Positions 62,814 through 64,000 of a DNA stretch of 64,000 nucleotides are shown piece after piece; position 1 is the first letter of the stretch; each line of letters begins with the position of its first letter. Below the pieces are notes generated by a model that saw only the letters and a list, made by a program, of their open reading frames with translations, was not told where the DNA came from and did not search any database. Position numbers and translations under genes: made by a program. The stretch is taken from positions 13,910-77,909 of the IMG/VR virus record IMGVR_UViG_3300033420_000004. One strand, given 5' to 3'. This DNA comes from a virus (Duplodnaviria > Caudoviricetes).

Positions 62814-63550
62814 TTAATCCTCTTTATCTCGCCAATAGTCCATGCAACAGCCAATTCAAAAACGTCTTGAAATACATTATTTGACTTTTCAACTGCATTC
62901 AAATAAGCGCCTTGATTTACTCTTTTCTTAACTGCCTCCCTATCTGGCATCTTCACCTCTCGGAGTGATGCTTTTCCGATTGCTTTAATAAACTGATCTT
63001 TAGCCATTACGGTTCTACCAGCATAAAAACCGACATCATCAAAACTTTCTCCGACAGATTCTGAAAATAAATCCCATAATTCTTCTGGATTCACCTCCTG
63101 TTCGGGTTGCTCATACACCAACTTAGCCTTAATAGTTTTCTGCTCTGGGAACTTTGCGACTATATCCATGTCGGATTTCCCCTCTGATACATCCATGTGT
63201 TCGGTAACATACCCACAATGATTATTTAATATCCATTCAGCAGTGCATTCCGTATGATTTCTAAATTTGGTAGCTTTATGAATATCAGTAACCCATCTTT
63301 TACCATCAACATCTAAATAATGAGGAATCGTACTATAAAACACATTCTTAATCATCCAATAAGGCTTTCCATCTTCCACAGGTCGGGGGGATGATGATTC
63401 GAGTTGATTCGGTTCGGAATAATACGCTTTAATAGCTTCGTATATATCACTTCGCCAATGATTAATAGCTCTTCCAGCTTCATCATAATGCTTTAAAGCA
63501 TCATTCATCATATCTGATTTAGCGCAGTCTTTATAATTTTCTGTTTTCAT
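62792..63550 (-). CDS. hypothetical protein
   Basis: 252-aa ORF with an ATGA overlap to the upstream gene. Confidence 0.7.
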   Translation of the reverse strand: MKTENYKDCAKSDMMNDALKHYDEAGRAINHWRSDIYEAIKAYYSEPNQLESSSPRPVEDGKPYWMIKNVFYSTIPHYLDVDGKRWVTDIHKATKFRNHTECTAEWILNNHCGYVTEHMDVSEGKSDMDIVAKFPEQKTIKAKLVYEQPEQEVNPEELWDLFSESVGESFDDVGFYAGRTVMAKDQFIKAIGKASLREVKMPDREAVKKRVNQGAYLNAVEKSNNVFQDVFELAVAWTIGEIKRINNLEQRF

Positions 63551-63840
63551 ACCTTACTTTTTGAAATGTGAATTTTGTTATCTCTAATTTCTTTTGCGCC
63601 TGCCATGTAGGCTGCGTTTACTAATGCTTCAACATCAGTACAAAACAAATCAACACCTGCATCATTTATGTAATCCGTTGCTGCATTCTCAATATCATCA
63701 TCTGTAGGGTTTACACTGGATTGGTTTTTGAATTCTATCATTGCATCGATAATATATCGATTATAATGCCCTGTATCTCCATTTAAAGCAGCTTCCGTTA
63801 TCTTTACGATTTCCGTGTAACCTTTTGTTTTTGGTATCAT
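63547..63840 (-). CDS. hypothetical protein
   Basis: 97-aa ORF. Confidence 0.65.
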   Translation of the reverse strand: MIPKTKGYTEIVKITEAALNGDTGHYNRYIIDAMIEFKNQSSVNPTDDDIENAATDYINDAGVDLFCTDVEALVNAAYMAGAKEIRDNKIHISKSKV

Positions 63841-63998
63841 TTTATTAAGTTGTTTGTAAATTCAATTACATACCCTCTGTCTTCCCATAGTTTTATGTGT
63901 TCTTTTAAATCTCCGAAAGTAAGAGTGCCTCTTAATCCTGTTTCATTACAATGTTTTCCAATAGTATCTGACAACCATTGAATCCAGAAATGCTGTCG
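63837..63998 (-). CDS. C-terminal fragment of a hypothetical protein (enters from the window edge)
   Basis: Open frame RQHFWIQWLSDT...NNLIK*, with its stop overlapping the next ATG. Confidence 0.5.
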   Translation of the reverse strand, partial: RQHFWIQWLSDTIGKHCNETGLRGTLTFGDLKEHIKLWEDRGYVIEFTNNLIK

Positions 63999-64000
63999 AC

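Noticed and set aside
1-64000. Alternative genetic code (stop-codon reassignment)
   Set aside because: All recognised genes are full length under the standard code, and TAA, TAG and TGA all serve as true stops.
1-64000. Lysogeny module
   Set aside because: No integrase, repressor or att-like pair was recognised; the window is incomplete, so lifestyle cannot be assigned.

Overview
The window is most of a tailed dsDNA phage genome (siphovirus-like long non-contractile tail; both ends fall inside genes, so the genome is longer than 64 kb). The host is probably Bacteroidota, judged from TTTG-N19-20-TAnnTTTG promoters and A-rich starts. Bases 1-24,000 (minus strand) carry small early genes, a SNF2 helicase, a sigma-like factor and an unusually hybrid replication/recombination set: initiator with iterons, DnaC-like loader, SF4 helicase, primase, DnaN-like clamp, DnaX-like loader, a family A polymerase split into UDG-exonuclease and polymerase genes around a methyltransferase, and UvsX/UvsY/gp32-like genes. 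A ~1 kb non-coding divergent region (24,000-25,090) precedes the plus-strand late genes: terminase, portal, an ~8 kb insertion of fibre-like genes, head genes, neck/tail genes and lysis genes. The most striking feature is a 10-gene, translationally coupled glycan pathway (41,322-49,450) between the major capsid gene and the head-tail adaptor. It encodes a Maf/MptE-like transferase, a GT11 fucosyltransferase, GT32, two GT47-like proteins, two methyltransferases, GDP-fucose synthase, a GT-GT2 fusion and a sulfotransferase. It is a candidate system for building a fucosylated, methylated, sulfated glycan on the virion. All family assignments come from recognised motifs; no database search was run. 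No tRNA, rRNA, CRISPR array, integrase or reverse transcriptase was seen.
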